DNA of 64,000 nucleotides from a virus (taxonomy: Duplodnaviria > Caudoviricetes): positions 96,001-160,000 of IMG/VR virus record IMGVR_UViG_2617270876_000003; one strand, written 5' to 3'. Both the position numbers and the translations under genes were made by a program. The notes beneath the pieces are model-generated. The model saw only the letters and a list, made by a program, of their open reading frames with translations. It made no database searches and was not told where the DNA came from. Position 1 is the first letter of the stretch. Each line of letters opens with the position of its first letter. Below, one piece after another: positions 18,164 to 28,723 of the stretch.

Positions 18164-18503
18164 CTACTCAATATATGAGTCAATAATCTCAATTTCTTCA
18201 TCCGTCTGCTCATCGCCAACATAAATAATATGTACTTTCTTATTAATATATTGTTGTTTAAGTTGTTTTGTTAGTGTCTTATTTTCTTTCTTTGTGGCTA
18301 CTCTTACAACATCAAGTGTCCAGAATCCACCTTGTTTGTCTCTGTTCGTCTCGGCAATGTAGTAGCCGCTCTCTGCTTGATAATATAGTTTTGTAATTGT
18401 GGCGTGCGATTTCGTGTTTAACTGGCGCTGCGGACGTTGTGGACGGCGTAGAGATGACGACAAGGGAAAGGACAGTGATAATAGTAAGAATGATTTTTTT
18501 CAT
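18164..18503 (-). pseudogene. Frameshifted secreted protein
   Basis: Signal peptide MKKIILTIITVLSLVV...SAAPVK in one frame; mature-looking domain in another frame from about 18415. Confidence 0.55.
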
Positions 18504-18586
18504 GGGTAAAACCTCCATATATTTTTATATTTTTAATTATATTTTATATATTTATTTTTATCAAATAAAGTTTTGCTTTCCCCAGT

Positions 18587-19909
18587 TTAAACGTGTGTAA
18601 CCGTTACAAGATTAAATTTAACTAATTCATGTTTCAATATTTCTTCTATATCTTCAAACTTCCAATATGGAATTCGTAAAAGTGGTATATTATTATTATT
18701 ACAGAATTCATTTTTTATTTCGTCATTGTTTCGAGTGTTCATAAATGCCTTTTCACCAAAAATTGGTCTATAGTGCTGTTCTCCATCATATTCAATCAAC
18801 ATGTTAATATCTTGACTTCTCGAAAATACTACAAAATCAAAAGGTAATCTCCTTATATTTTTACATTCTTTAATTCTAAATTGTGTTTTGAAATTAATCT
18901 TCAAATCTGTTAATAATTTTGATATTTGCAATTCTCCTTTGGATTGTATGCATTTCGGGCATCTCTTACCGTTTTTAAAATTACCAAAAGAAGTATAGTA
19001 TACATGATTTTTGTCGCATTGAATTTTCAATTTCTGTGAATTGTTTTTATAGCTCTCTGATAGTAGTCGATAACCTGTATTTGATTTCCCTTCTATATAT
19101 TCTTTTACGTATTTATATTCTAACGGAACTGTACCCATACATATTTTACATCTATGTCCATTGAGAAAATGTATAAACTTCATCTCAACTATATGCCCTT
19201 TTGGGCATTGGACAATTACTTTTTTTGCACTTGTTTCATACGTAGACATTAAGATGTATCCTGCTTTGTTTATTATTAACTCTGCTTCTTCTTGACTTCT
19301 CCTGAGATTATCACTAGCCGTTGCCTTTGAGCATTTGGGACAGTGAGGCCCGTTAAGAATAGTTGACGGAGATGCTTTCCATTCATAACCACATATTTTA
19401 TGTTTGGTTAAAATTGGTGTTTTGCGATTAATATATGTTTCTAAGATTTCATATTCAGTTCCCTTGTTTAAATTTTCGACTTCTTTTAGATAGGAATTAT
19501 GGGTTTTCTTGGGGGTACTAAAACAATATGAACACCTATGTCCATTTAAAAAATTGTTTGGCTTTACTTTATAAATATTTCCGCAATTAACATGTTTCAT
19601 TAAAATGTGTTTATTCGATAACTCATAATCACTTTCTAAAACATATTCATTTCCCACCAAATCATAAATTTCTTTAACAAATTGAGCATGTTCCTTCCTT
19701 GTTTTTTCTTGCAACTTAAATTTTGTACAATTATTACATCGTTGTTTATTTTGGTCTCTGAAATGATTAAAGGTTGTTATAAATATATTGCCGCACTTAC
19801 ACTTAATAGTCAGTTTTTCACGATTATTACTATATTCAGTATTTATCAATACACAGGATTGTTCGTTAATGTATTTACTTACCTCTTCGTAAGTCAATTT
19901 TTTTGTCAT
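18587..19909 (-). CDS. Zn-ribbon-repeat endonuclease with C-terminal PD-(D/E)xK/Vsr-like domain (homing type)
   Basis: Repeated CxxGH...G.RC..C units; SKGE..I, LPFDF, IEYDGEQH, LLRIPYW. Confidence 0.8.
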   Translation of the reverse strand: MTKKLTYEEVSKYINEQSCVLINTEYSNNREKLTIKCKCGNIFITTFNHFRDQNKQRCNNCTKFKLQEKTRKEHAQFVKEIYDLVGNEYVLESDYELSNKHILMKHVNCGNIYKVKPNNFLNGHRCSYCFSTPKKTHNSYLKEVENLNKGTEYEILETYINRKTPILTKHKICGYEWKASPSTILNGPHCPKCSKATASDNLRRSQEEAELIINKAGYILMSTYETSAKKVIVQCPKGHIVEMKFIHFLNGHRCKICMGTVPLEYKYVKEYIEGKSNTGYRLLSESYKNNSQKLKIQCDKNHVYYTSFGNFKNGKRCPKCIQSKGELQISKLLTDLKINFKTQFRIKECKNIRRLPFDFVVFSRSQDINMLIEYDGEQHYRPIFGEKAFMNTRNNDEIKNEFCNNNNIPLLRIPYWKFEDIEEILKHELVKFNLVTVTHV

Positions 19910-19919
19910 AGTTTCTCCT

Positions 19920-22900
19920 TCAAGAAATATTTTGCTCTCCCCATGTTAAGCGTACAGATCCATTTTCATCATATTCTTTTGTAATAATACTACTAAATAT
20001 ATCTAAACTTATCCCAAATTCTCCGAATATCTCAGCATCCTCCTTATATTCACACTGTTTAACAAATTCATTGATCCGTTGTTTGGACATCAACAAAGCC
20101 AGAATATTCTGCTCCAAGGTATTTAAATAAGTTACAAAGTGGATCATTGTTTTATTCTTGCTGTTAAGTCTCGTAAAACGGCCTATATACTGCATCATAT
20201 TCGCAATGTTATATTGTAGACCCTCGCATATTACAACGTCACAAGAAGGGATATTGACGCTCTCAGAGAGACTCATCTGTGTAGAAATGAGCAATCCGTT
20301 TTCTGTTGCTTCAAATTCTTTTATAATCTCTTGACGCTTTTTAAATGGAGTTTCGCCTAATATCAAAAATATAGGTCGCTCTTTAAACTCAGTTCTTAAT
20401 TTATTGTAATAATAAGTTGCCGAATCAATAAATGTTGTTCCGATTGCTACTTTATCGCTATTTGCACTGTTAATAATTTTTACTATTTTTTTATATTTAT
20501 TCGGCTCCACCTTACCATCATATTCCTTCAATTTATGCGGAATAGAAACAGCTTTTTGTAGCAATTGTATCTGTTGAATAATTCTCAACATTGCATCGCG
20601 TCTATAGTTGCCAGACGTTCCATAATAGCCCCTAACAATGGAGTGGAACTCTTCCATAATTAATCTATATACTTCTTGTTCATTGTCATTCTGGCTTATT
20701 CTATGCGTCTTAAACTCGACCACATCTTTAGTCATGACATCAAACATGCTACGGACAATAATAGTTTTTTCAATAAGTTTAACAAGTTTGCTCGAATTCA
20801 TAATGTCTTGATTTCCTTTTTGAATTCCAAACACAGAAGTTTTTTTAGGAGAGAAACAAGAAGAAAAAACGCTTTGTTTGTATGCAGGAAAAGGATGTTT
20901 ATAATATTTATTATGTTCCTCTTTCCACTCTCCTGTTTTTTTATCCTCGGATAAAACAGTTTCACATTCACAAATACAATTTATGCTGCTACCGTAAAGG
21001 ATCATGAATTGTGAATACAATTCGTTAGCTGTATTTTTAGTTGGCGTTCCCGACATTAATAATTTATATGGTACTTTTTGAAATACATTGATGGTCGCCT
21101 TTGTTGTTTTTGTGTTTGGGTATATGCAGCGGTGACTCTCATCTAAAATGAAAGCAATTTTTCTGCCCTGCATCTTTATATATTTTTTGATATTTTTTTG
21201 ATATTTAACTAACATATTAAAAGATATTAAAACTATATCGTCAGGCTGAATATTGTGAATGTCTGATAATGTTTCTATTTTTTTATATGGAAGGTCATAG
21301 GATTCTAATCTATCCGTCCATGTCATTTTAATTGAAATACTGGAAGATACAATAAACGTATTTCTTATGCTATTATTTTCAATGAAATACTTCATCCACG
21401 TTATTCCTGCTTCTGTCTTTCCCAGTCCAACATTCCAAGCAAGCAAAGCCCGATCCTTTTGTAATATCTTTTGTATATCTTCTTTCTGAAAATTTTTAAG
21501 TTTTATAAATTGTTTTGAATTTTTATTATATAGCGTGAAGGCTTCAAGCCAGTCTGATATATATTCATTCTGTCCTATCTCCTTAAATGGCTTGCTTTGC
21601 TGAGTATGTGCTTTAATTTTTTTATTGAGTAGTTTTCTATATGTTTGATCTTCAAACGGGTATTCACCTTTTAAAATCATGTCATTAAAACTAACCTCTT
21701 TAACTCCAGTAAACTTCGATAAGTATATTTTATTTTTGTGTGAGTATCCTTTTAGTTTTAGACTGTTAGATTTCTTGACCAATTTAATACAATCATGCTC
21801 TACTCTGTGTTGATTTTTTAGTATTTTCTTCAACTTTGAAATAATCATATTCGGCGTTAACTTAGCATTAGACCATTCTTCCGCAGACATTCCCTCCGGT
21901 TTTACCTGAATTTTATATCTATGTAACATTTCACTACATTTTGCATAATGAATGCACGTTTTTTGATTTCTTTTAATGTCGAACAAAAGTTTATTAACTT
22001 TGAACTGAAAATCCTGCTCTTCTTTGGTATTACTATTTGCTGCTGCAATCTCATAAAATAGTTTCGCTTTTAATGTTTCCTTTTGTTGCATAACTGGTGC
22101 TATGTATTGAGTATGATATTTATCGGCTATCTCAGCAGAAAACTCACTAATTAATATTCCTTTATTACTGTACGGAATATCTGTTAAATGCCCACTTTTG
22201 CGCTGAAAGAATAATATTTTAGTTTTAAAATTATTTACTCCAACGTTTTTAAATACATCGCTAGGTAAATTTAATTGTAATAAAAAGTTAAATTTATCAT
22301 TAATCATTTCTATATCTATCTTGTTTGAAAATTCATCGGCAAGAAAAGTGTCTGGAACAATGATGCAAAATAGAGAGGAGGGTTTTAAGAGTTCGGCAGA
22401 TTTTAAACAGTAGTACATCTGACTTGTTACTTTCTTATTATCCCATTTGAAGCCCTCTATATTATACGGAGGATTTCCACAAATTAAATCGAAACGGGTT
22501 AATGGTGTATATTCCCGAATATCGCCTAACGTTGCGTTAACTTTAGGATATAAAAATTTTTGAACTTTGAAAGATTTAATGTCAATCTCATTTGTATAAA
22601 CATTCTCATGACACGGCAACCAGTTTAAAAAAGCACCATGACCCGCTGTAAAGTCTCCAATTATGTCGTGAATGGACGGTTTGAGCATCAAAGATAGGAA
22701 ACGGGTTAATTCATAAGGTGTATAAAATTGTCCATTTTCTATTTCACGTTTTGCGGAAGAAAATTCATGGAAGTTGGCATAATCACTAAAAGATAGCCCA
22801 TGTAAACCACCATCTCCAGAATAACATAAAAACACATGATTTTTAGAGATTCCATGCTTTTCTGTCAGATTGTTATCGATCAAATAAAGCACTTTTTCAT

Positions 22901-22961
22901 TTATTTCCTTTCTTTTATTTTGAGGAATAATAACGTTATTTAATTCATACATAATTGTCAC
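19920..22961 (-). CDS. N6-adenine methyltransferase-SNF2 helicase fusion (DarB-like)
   Basis: GQFYTP, AGHGAF and GNPPY MTase motifs; VGLGKT, ILDESH, SGTP and GRFTR helicase motifs. Confidence 0.85.
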   Translation of the reverse strand: MTIMYELNNVIIPQNKRKEINEKVLYLIDNNLTEKHGISKNHVFLCYSGDGGLHGLSFSDYANFHEFSSAKREIENGQFYTPYELTRFLSLMLKPSIHDIIGDFTAGHGAFLNWLPCHENVYTNEIDIKSFKVQKFLYPKVNATLGDIREYTPLTRFDLICGNPPYNIEGFKWDNKKVTSQMYYCLKSAELLKPSSLFCIIVPDTFLADEFSNKIDIEMINDKFNFLLQLNLPSDVFKNVGVNNFKTKILFFQRKSGHLTDIPYSNKGILISEFSAEIADKYHTQYIAPVMQQKETLKAKLFYEIAAANSNTKEEQDFQFKVNKLLFDIKRNQKTCIHYAKCSEMLHRYKIQVKPEGMSAEEWSNAKLTPNMIISKLKKILKNQHRVEHDCIKLVKKSNSLKLKGYSHKNKIYLSKFTGVKEVSFNDMILKGEYPFEDQTYRKLLNKKIKAHTQQSKPFKEIGQNEYISDWLEAFTLYNKNSKQFIKLKNFQKEDIQKILQKDRALLAWNVGLGKTEAGITWMKYFIENNSIRNTFIVSSSISIKMTWTDRLESYDLPYKKIETLSDIHNIQPDDIVLISFNMLVKYQKNIKKYIKMQGRKIAFILDESHRCIYPNTKTTKATINVFQKVPYKLLMSGTPTKNTANELYSQFMILYGSSINCICECETVLSEDKKTGEWKEEHNKYYKHPFPAYKQSVFSSCFSPKKTSVFGIQKGNQDIMNSSKLVKLIEKTIIVRSMFDVMTKDVVEFKTHRISQNDNEQEVYRLIMEEFHSIVRGYYGTSGNYRRDAMLRIIQQIQLLQKAVSIPHKLKEYDGKVEPNKYKKIVKIINSANSDKVAIGTTFIDSATYYYNKLRTEFKERPIFLILGETPFKKRQEIIKEFEATENGLLISTQMSLSESVNIPSCDVVICEGLQYNIANMMQYIGRFTRLNSKNKTMIHFVTYLNTLEQNILALLMSKQRINEFVKQCEYKEDAEIFGEFGISLDIFSSIITKEYDENGSVRLTWGEQNIS

Positions 22962-23842
22962 TCCTCATTTCCTTGATATCTAAACTCACCAAAATATTTA
23001 ATTTCTGCCTCTTTTCTTGTTGAAAAAGCATCTTCAAAATTATTGAATGTTCCTAAATGTATGTATTTTTTATTTATATGTATTCCAGCGATGTATTTAC
23101 CATTTTCATATTGTTTGATGCCTGAAATATTTAAACTTTCATTTTTCGGCGTTCTATTTCTTGTATTATCTGCCACAGTGCAGATTCTAATATTGGCCCT
23201 TCTATTATCACAAGGAGTATTATTTTTATGATCAACAATATCATTATTTTTTGCATTTAAAAGTAAACGGTGTAAAGATATTGTCCTAACATTTCCTAAT
23301 TCGTCAGTTTCTCTACTTCTCACATACCCGTTATCATCCATACACCAACTATATTTACTTATCAACTCAAAATCTTCTACATTAAAATAAAATTCCCATC
23401 CCTTAGAAGTCATTCCAACAAAGTAAGTATCACATTCAAAGAACTTATTTATTGATTCTTTATTTTTACATCCACAATGGGTTATTTGTCTACCATCTTT
23501 TCTTTTTAAGTCATTTCTAGGAACAATTTTATCTCCTCCGCAATCACATTGACATAACCATGTCGAAGTATGCCCACTCAATCCCACTCTTTGAACAACA
23601 ACCAAATTCCCAAATCGTTTCCCCGTTAAATCCTTCAACTTCTTCATGTTTCGATTGCATCCACAACTCTTTGATAAACCTCTGACGAGATAAGTTTCAG
23701 GTACAAGTTTTTTAGTTCTATGGCATTCAGTGCAGACGCACAACCATTGTTTTAAATTTGTTTTTTCTTTTTTGGGTCCTTGTTCTAATACAAACCATTT
23801 TCCAAACTTTTCACCAATTAAATCATCTATTTTTTTCTCCAC
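22958..23842 (-). CDS. HNH-AP2 homing endonuclease with Zn-ribbon repeats
   Basis: WLCQCDCG and SCGC repeats, VDHKNN..DNRRANIR, HLGTF. Confidence 0.85.
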   Translation of the reverse strand: MEKKIDDLIGEKFGKWFVLEQGPKKEKTNLKQWLCVCTECHRTKKLVPETYLVRGLSKSCGCNRNMKKLKDLTGKRFGNLVVVQRVGLSGHTSTWLCQCDCGGDKIVPRNDLKRKDGRQITHCGCKNKESINKFFECDTYFVGMTSKGWEFYFNVEDFELISKYSWCMDDNGYVRSRETDELGNVRTISLHRLLLNAKNNDIVDHKNNTPCDNRRANIRICTVADNTRNRTPKNESLNISGIKQYENGKYIAGIHINKKYIHLGTFNNFEDAFSTRKEAEIKYFGEFRYQGNEE

Positions 23843-23925
23843 AAATTCCCTCCTTTTTTTTGCTGTTCTATCAATTATATTATTTCAGCCAGCAAAAAGT
23901 GCTGGCTGTTATACGGTCTTTTAGT

Positions 23926-26127
23926 CTATGCAGATTGTTGATTATATCCGCAATATTCATTTGCAAACTTGGATGCAACTTGATTGGATAAAAATTCAAT
24001 TTCCATTTTACCGTTCTTTAAAAATTTAATTGTTTTTACCTTGCTTAACGTCTGCACTTCGTATTTATCATAATTATCTTTACTTCTTTCGTTGTTATAT
24101 CCGAAATATTTATTTGACAACTCTTCTTTAACATTTGTGTTGCCGTCTTCAAAATGTGATAGTGCCATTAAAATGGACTCATGCTTTCCGGTTAACCTAT
24201 ACTCTTTCCAGATTGAATCATGATAGGCAAAATGTCCGTCTAAGATCAATTTATTGTTACGTATAGTTATTTTGTCATTACTATAAAAAATGTCTTTTGC
24301 TTTGCTTTTTATCTCCTGTTCTGCTTTTTCCGTAAAGTTGAACCCGTCAAGTTGAATAAAAATCTCATCAATAATGTTATTATAGGTGATATCCTCCCCA
24401 TATTTATTTTTAACTTTATCCTCATCAATAGTAATGTTGTATTTTCTTTCAAAATAAGAGCAAACATACATAATAAATGCATTTTTTATATCACTAATAG
24501 CTTTTTCATAATCATGCTTGCTCATGCTGTAATAAAACGCCGTATTTTGAGCGTGAAAGTAATTCTCTGTTTTTTTACCGAATTTTTGCCCATGCTCTTT
24601 ATCTAAAATCGCAATTATCTGAAGTTGTGCATTAAATGTTTTATATGCCGCAATAGTCTTTTTATAAATTTCCTCTTGTTCATTGCAGAATTCCAGATCC
24701 TCGTTAGAAATTTTTTGCTCTGCTGTTATAGTGATGTTGTCAAACTTACTGAAAATATCATCATATGTATTAACCATTCCCTCAACCTCTTTCCCTTCTG
24801 TTTCTGTTGTTTCAGTTTGACTAAAGTTATAATGTATTACGTTGTCTTGCGCCTCTGTATTGCCTCCTGTTGCGGTTTGTTCTGGTTCTACCTCCTCTAT
24901 GCTGTCTACACTGTTATTGCCATTAATAAGACTCTGAGCGAATGCCAAACGTTCTTCTGTTTGTTTCGCCCACCATTTTCCTCCATAAGAAGACCAACGG
25001 AAACCATTTTCTTTTAATGATGTAATAATATCGCTAGAAGGTTTTCCGTTAAACTTTAATTCAATGCCGTTTTTCTCTTCGTTGATTGTAAGTGTAACCT
25101 CATTGCTGTTGTCGCTACCCCTATGTGCGCTTTCTGTTTCTTGGCTTGCTGTTGCTTCGGGTGTCTCAATCTGTGGAGCATTTGAAACAGTTTGTTTACG
25201 TGCTGTTTTCTTGAATACAGTCTTTTCTACATATTGCGTAACCTCTATAAACTCGATTACAGCAATGTGGCCTTTACTCAACAATTCATTAATACGGGTA
25301 ACAGATAAACTCCACATCTTATCGAAACTTTTAGATGGCTTATTGTTTTTGCCAAGCTTAGAGAACACACCGTTATTGATATATGTATATTTATTTCCTT
25401 TGCTTTTTCCGTGTGTATATCCAACTTTCATTACAATAGTGAAACCTTCTTTAATGTCTGCATCTGTTACGGCTGTGACGGCTTTTTCTACGGTTTGAAT
25501 GGTTTTAACGGGAACCTTGATAACTTCGGCCTGTAATGCGTCCGAATCGCTCAAAACCTTTTCTACGCGGCTAACAAATGCTGTGATTTTTTCCTCTTTC
25601 TGTTCTGCTGCTGTTTTCTCTTTATTTTCCCAATCATATGTATTAGTAGAAAATACTCCTTTACCTTTCGCAATAATCTGACCATCCTTTTCAATATGCC
25701 AGCTAGTACCTTTTGGATTAGCATGTGAAAAAGTTGGGTAAACCTCTTTAACCGTATACTCTGGTTCAACTCCTGCTTTCTCTTTTTCTTTTTCAATAAG
25801 TACAGCACAAGAAGCTTTTTCATTTTCAGTGCTTGCTGCATCGTTCATCATTGCGGTTAGTTTAGTGATACGTTCATTTGATACGGTTCTCTTGCTATTA
25901 TAAATATATTCTCTTTCTTCTTTACCAGAAAGAGAAAGATTATAATTACAAATGTCAATTAACAATACATAACCATTTTTAGTTGCTATGCCAGACCAAT
26001 CAGCAGGGTGATAATAATCAGTCATAGAGTCTGATTGATCAGGAGAATAACCAAATGCTTTCCAGCCACTTTCAACCAATTTATGCATGATTCTAACCTT
26101 TGCTTCTCTTTTATCACCGTAGTACAT
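23926..26127 (-). CDS. Large multidomain (polyvalent-type) phage protein
   Basis: N-terminal SDSMTDYY; internal NEEKNGIELKF.GKP....LKENGFRWS...WW domain. Confidence 0.65.
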   Translation of the reverse strand: MYYGDKREAKVRIMHKLVESGWKAFGYSPDQSDSMTDYYHPADWSGIATKNGYVLLIDICNYNLSLSGKEEREYIYNSKRTVSNERITKLTAMMNDAASTENEKASCAVLIEKEKEKAGVEPEYTVKEVYPTFSHANPKGTSWHIEKDGQIIAKGKGVFSTNTYDWENKEKTAAEQKEEKITAFVSRVEKVLSDSDALQAEVIKVPVKTIQTVEKAVTAVTDADIKEGFTIVMKVGYTHGKSKGNKYTYINNGVFSKLGKNNKPSKSFDKMWSLSVTRINELLSKGHIAVIEFIEVTQYVEKTVFKKTARKQTVSNAPQIETPEATASQETESAHRGSDNSNEVTLTINEEKNGIELKFNGKPSSDIITSLKENGFRWSSYGGKWWAKQTEERLAFAQSLINGNNSVDSIEEVEPEQTATGGNTEAQDNVIHYNFSQTETTETEGKEVEGMVNTYDDIFSKFDNITITAEQKISNEDLEFCNEQEEIYKKTIAAYKTFNAQLQIIAILDKEHGQKFGKKTENYFHAQNTAFYYSMSKHDYEKAISDIKNAFIMYVCSYFERKYNITIDEDKVKNKYGEDITYNNIIDEIFIQLDGFNFTEKAEQEIKSKAKDIFYSNDKITIRNNKLILDGHFAYHDSIWKEYRLTGKHESILMALSHFEDGNTNVKEELSNKYFGYNNERSKDNYDKYEVQTLSKVKTIKFLKNGKMEIEFLSNQVASKFANEYCGYNQQSA

Positions 26128-26289
26128 TTTAAAACCTCCATAATATGTATTTAGTAACCGTGTCCCTCATTTGCTTATAATTTATTATAGCATGGTTTAT
26201 ATTGTATGTCTATTTATTTTTACTTTATAAACAAAAAAATAAAGCCTTTCGGCTTTGTGTTTTCGCATGAAATCTTGTTTTTATGAGAT

Positions 26290-26646
26290 CTAATAGCAAA
26301 CACTTCTAATATTTAATTGCTTAAAAATATGCATTATCTTATCTACATCAAAACCATTTTCTTCATATTTGACAATCTGTTTTAGCGTTTTTTCTTTTTG
26401 TTTGTTTATGTGTTCAAACATACTAATTTCCGCTTCACTCAATTTATCCCATGCAACACTATTGTTTTCATTACGTGGAGCATAAGCCCAAAAATTATTT
26501 AATTCCTTTTCAAATTGTTCGTATTTTTTATGTATTTTAATTATTTTTACTTCTTCTTTATTAAATCCATCGTATCTCACTTTCTTATCAACTCTTGATG
26601 AAACCTTCTTATATCTTAAATTCTGCTTCTCTTTATTTGCACCCAT
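26290..26646 (-). CDS. Hypothetical protein
   Basis: ORF flanked by dyads at 26267 and 26671. Confidence 0.65.
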   Translation of the reverse strand: MGANKEKQNLRYKKVSSRVDKKVRYDGFNKEEVKIIKIHKKYEQFEKELNNFWAYAPRNENNSVAWDKLSEAEISMFEHINKQKEKTLKQIVKYEENGFDVDKIMHIFKQLNIRSVCY

Positions 26647-26692
26647 AGAAATAAAGCCTCCTTAATTAAGATGAAATATGGTTTTTATCATA

Positions 26693-26959
26693 TTAAATGA
26701 TTGGTTTAATCTTCAGCCAAAACTTACCGTTCAAGTAAATGTCTATGGTTCCATCTTCATTGAATTTGGTATCTTTGGCTTTAGGAATATCAAGCCATGA
26801 ATCATTTCCGTTAACTAGTGTTGTTATTGCATTGGTTTGAACCTTGTTAATTTCTCTTACTTGGCCTCCTGCCATTTCTGGTTTCATTGTGTTTTCAATG
26901 AACTGAATTTGCTTGCCTTTCTCTAACCATTTTTTAAATTGGGACATATTTTTAATCAT
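26693..26959 (-). CDS. Hypothetical protein
   Basis: ORF. Confidence 0.65.
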   Translation of the reverse strand: MIKNMSQFKKWLEKGKQIQFIENTMKPEMAGGQVREINKVQTNAITTLVNGNDSWLDIPKAKDTKFNEDGTIDIYLNGKFWLKIKPII

Positions 26960-27001
26960 GTTAATCAATCCTTTTTGTGTATTTTTATTAATAAAGAACA
27001 A

Positions 27002-27256
27002 TTAAGGCAGCAAAGCTACACATTCTCCAGTTTGAATTGTATGAGCTTTTTGCAAAAATGCTAATGTGTAATCATAACAGCCATCTAGGGCTTCAGCGAT
27101 ACTCTCTTTACGCCATTGTATGTATGACTCTATATCATTTACTTTTACTTCTCCACTTACAACCTCATTAATACATCCCTGTGCATTATCCGCAAACCAT
27201 TCTCTTGCTTTTTGAATTGACTCTGCTGATAGTTCTACTCCTGTAAATCGTGCCAT
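27002..27256 (-). CDS. Hypothetical protein
   Basis: ORF, GGAG RBS. Confidence 0.65.
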   Translation of the reverse strand: MARFTGVELSAESIQKAREWFADNAQGCINEVVSGEVKVNDIESYIQWRKESIAEALDGCYDYTLAFLQKAHTIQTGECVALLP

Positions 27257-27321
27257 ATTATCAACTCCGATTAATATTTTCATCTTATAAAATCCGGTTT
27301 TTATCAAGCTCCTAAGAAAGA

Positions 27322-27651
27322 TTAAGCCGTAAAGCGTCTAACAACCACTTCGCAGTTAATTACTGAAACTTTCTTGTTCGTGTCGTTTTTATTCCATGCA
27401 TTTTCCTGTATATAGTTTTTGTTAATCAGCATGCTTCCAGTTGTTTTAATAGAATCCTCAACTTTCGCAATTGACATTGCATAGCTGACAACAGCATCTT
27501 TCAAAGTATCGTAACCATATTCCCAGGTTTGACCTTTTTCTTTAGAACACCATCCGTATTCTTCTTCTTTCCAAAACTCAACTTGATCGTTTTCCCACCT
27601 CTTTTTATTTTTAACCAGTTCAATATTAGATTTGCAATCAATATAACTCAT
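27322..27651 (-). CDS. Hypothetical protein
   Basis: ORF flanked by dyads at 27287 and 27684. Confidence 0.65.
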   Translation of the reverse strand: MSYIDCKSNIELVKNKKRWENDQVEFWKEEEYGWCSKEKGQTWEYGYDTLKDAVVSYAMSIAKVEDSIKTTGSMLINKNYIQENAWNKNDTNKKVSVINCEVVVRRFTA

Positions 27652-27734
27652 ATGTATCAACTCCTGTGATTGTATTAGTTTTGATAAAATTATCATTTGA
27701 TTGGATTGTCCAGAGGAGTCTCAAGACTCCTCTT

Positions 27735-28022
27735 TTAGTTTTTCATCATCCATTCAAGCGCTTTTGATGGATAGCCTTTAGTAAATATCACTTTCTTCTC
27801 GTCCCCATCATAAACTGTTAAAGTTCCCGCTCCATACATCGATTGGCTTGAAAAGCCCATACAAGATTCAAAAACTACTTTCTTTCCCGATTTAGTAAAT
27901 CCAGTTTGAATTGCATTCGTACCATCAAGTTTTACTTCGGTATACTTTGCACATTTCTCGCGTTCTTTTCTTTCTTGTGCTGCTGCTTTAATTCTTTCCG
28001 AACGTTCGTAATCCCATGTCAT
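27735..28022 (-). CDS. Hypothetical protein
   Basis: ORF, GGAGG RBS, followed by hairpin AGAGGAGTC/GACTCCTCT. Confidence 0.65.
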   Translation of the reverse strand: MTWDYERSERIKAAAQERKEREKCAKYTEVKLDGTNAIQTGFTKSGKKVVFESCMGFSSQSMYGAGTLTVYDGDEKKVIFTKGYPSKALEWMMKN

Positions 28023-28723
28023 ATGTATTACCTCCGCTTCATTTGATAAATCAAGTATACCACACATTGTTGCTATATACAATACTTATTTATTTTTATC
28101 TTTTAAATTAACCTACCCATTGGATCAATATCCAGAACCAAATAATAACAGACACAGCCATGATTACTTTATGTTTGATACTCCATTTGTTTTCCTCTCT
28201 AGAGTCTCTGTTAATGATTCTGATGTCCATCTTACATTCCTCCTTATATTTGCATGATTATTTTTATCTTTGTTATAGCGGCTTCTGGGTGGCTTATATT
28301 AGGCGCTAACAACAATTTCAACGGTGTTACCTTGATAACTTACAACATCGTGCATACAACATGTGCAAAGCTCTAACACCTTAAGATTGTCGCCAGAAGT
28401 TTTAATGATTAAAGATCCGTCACGTTTAACAAGTTTGATTGTCTTATTATTCACTATGTATATTCTCCTATTTATTTTTATATTTATAAGGATTGGTCGA
28501 AACCTCTAAAACTTTATAAATACTCCCAATTGACTCTTGCAATGCACACTTTGCACTGCTTTCGGATGAAAAAGAGCCATAACGGAAACTCTTCACGGAT
28601 TTGAAACCTGTTTCTTTGTCTTCCACTAAAGCGACCCATGAGCATTCAGACATTTTAATCATTCTCCTTTTTTGGGCCTCTGACACATTGCATGATTGCA
28701 TCAGAGGCGTTTATATTTACTTT

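Larger units (their letters stand above)
205..27701. repeat. Dispersed 18-bp dyad RTNAAA-N6-TTTNAY at gene junctions (putative cassette boundary site)
   Basis: Copies start at 205, 836, 1233, 1537, 1808, 2145, 3005, 3625, 4634, 5222, 5530, 5766, 6710, 6975, 7406, 8336, 8939, 9593, 9916, 10162, 10603, 10795, 11005, 11204, 11444, 15663, 15880, 15896, 16773, 17508, 18565, 26267, 26671, 27287 and 27684; some are degenerate. Confidence 0.85.
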
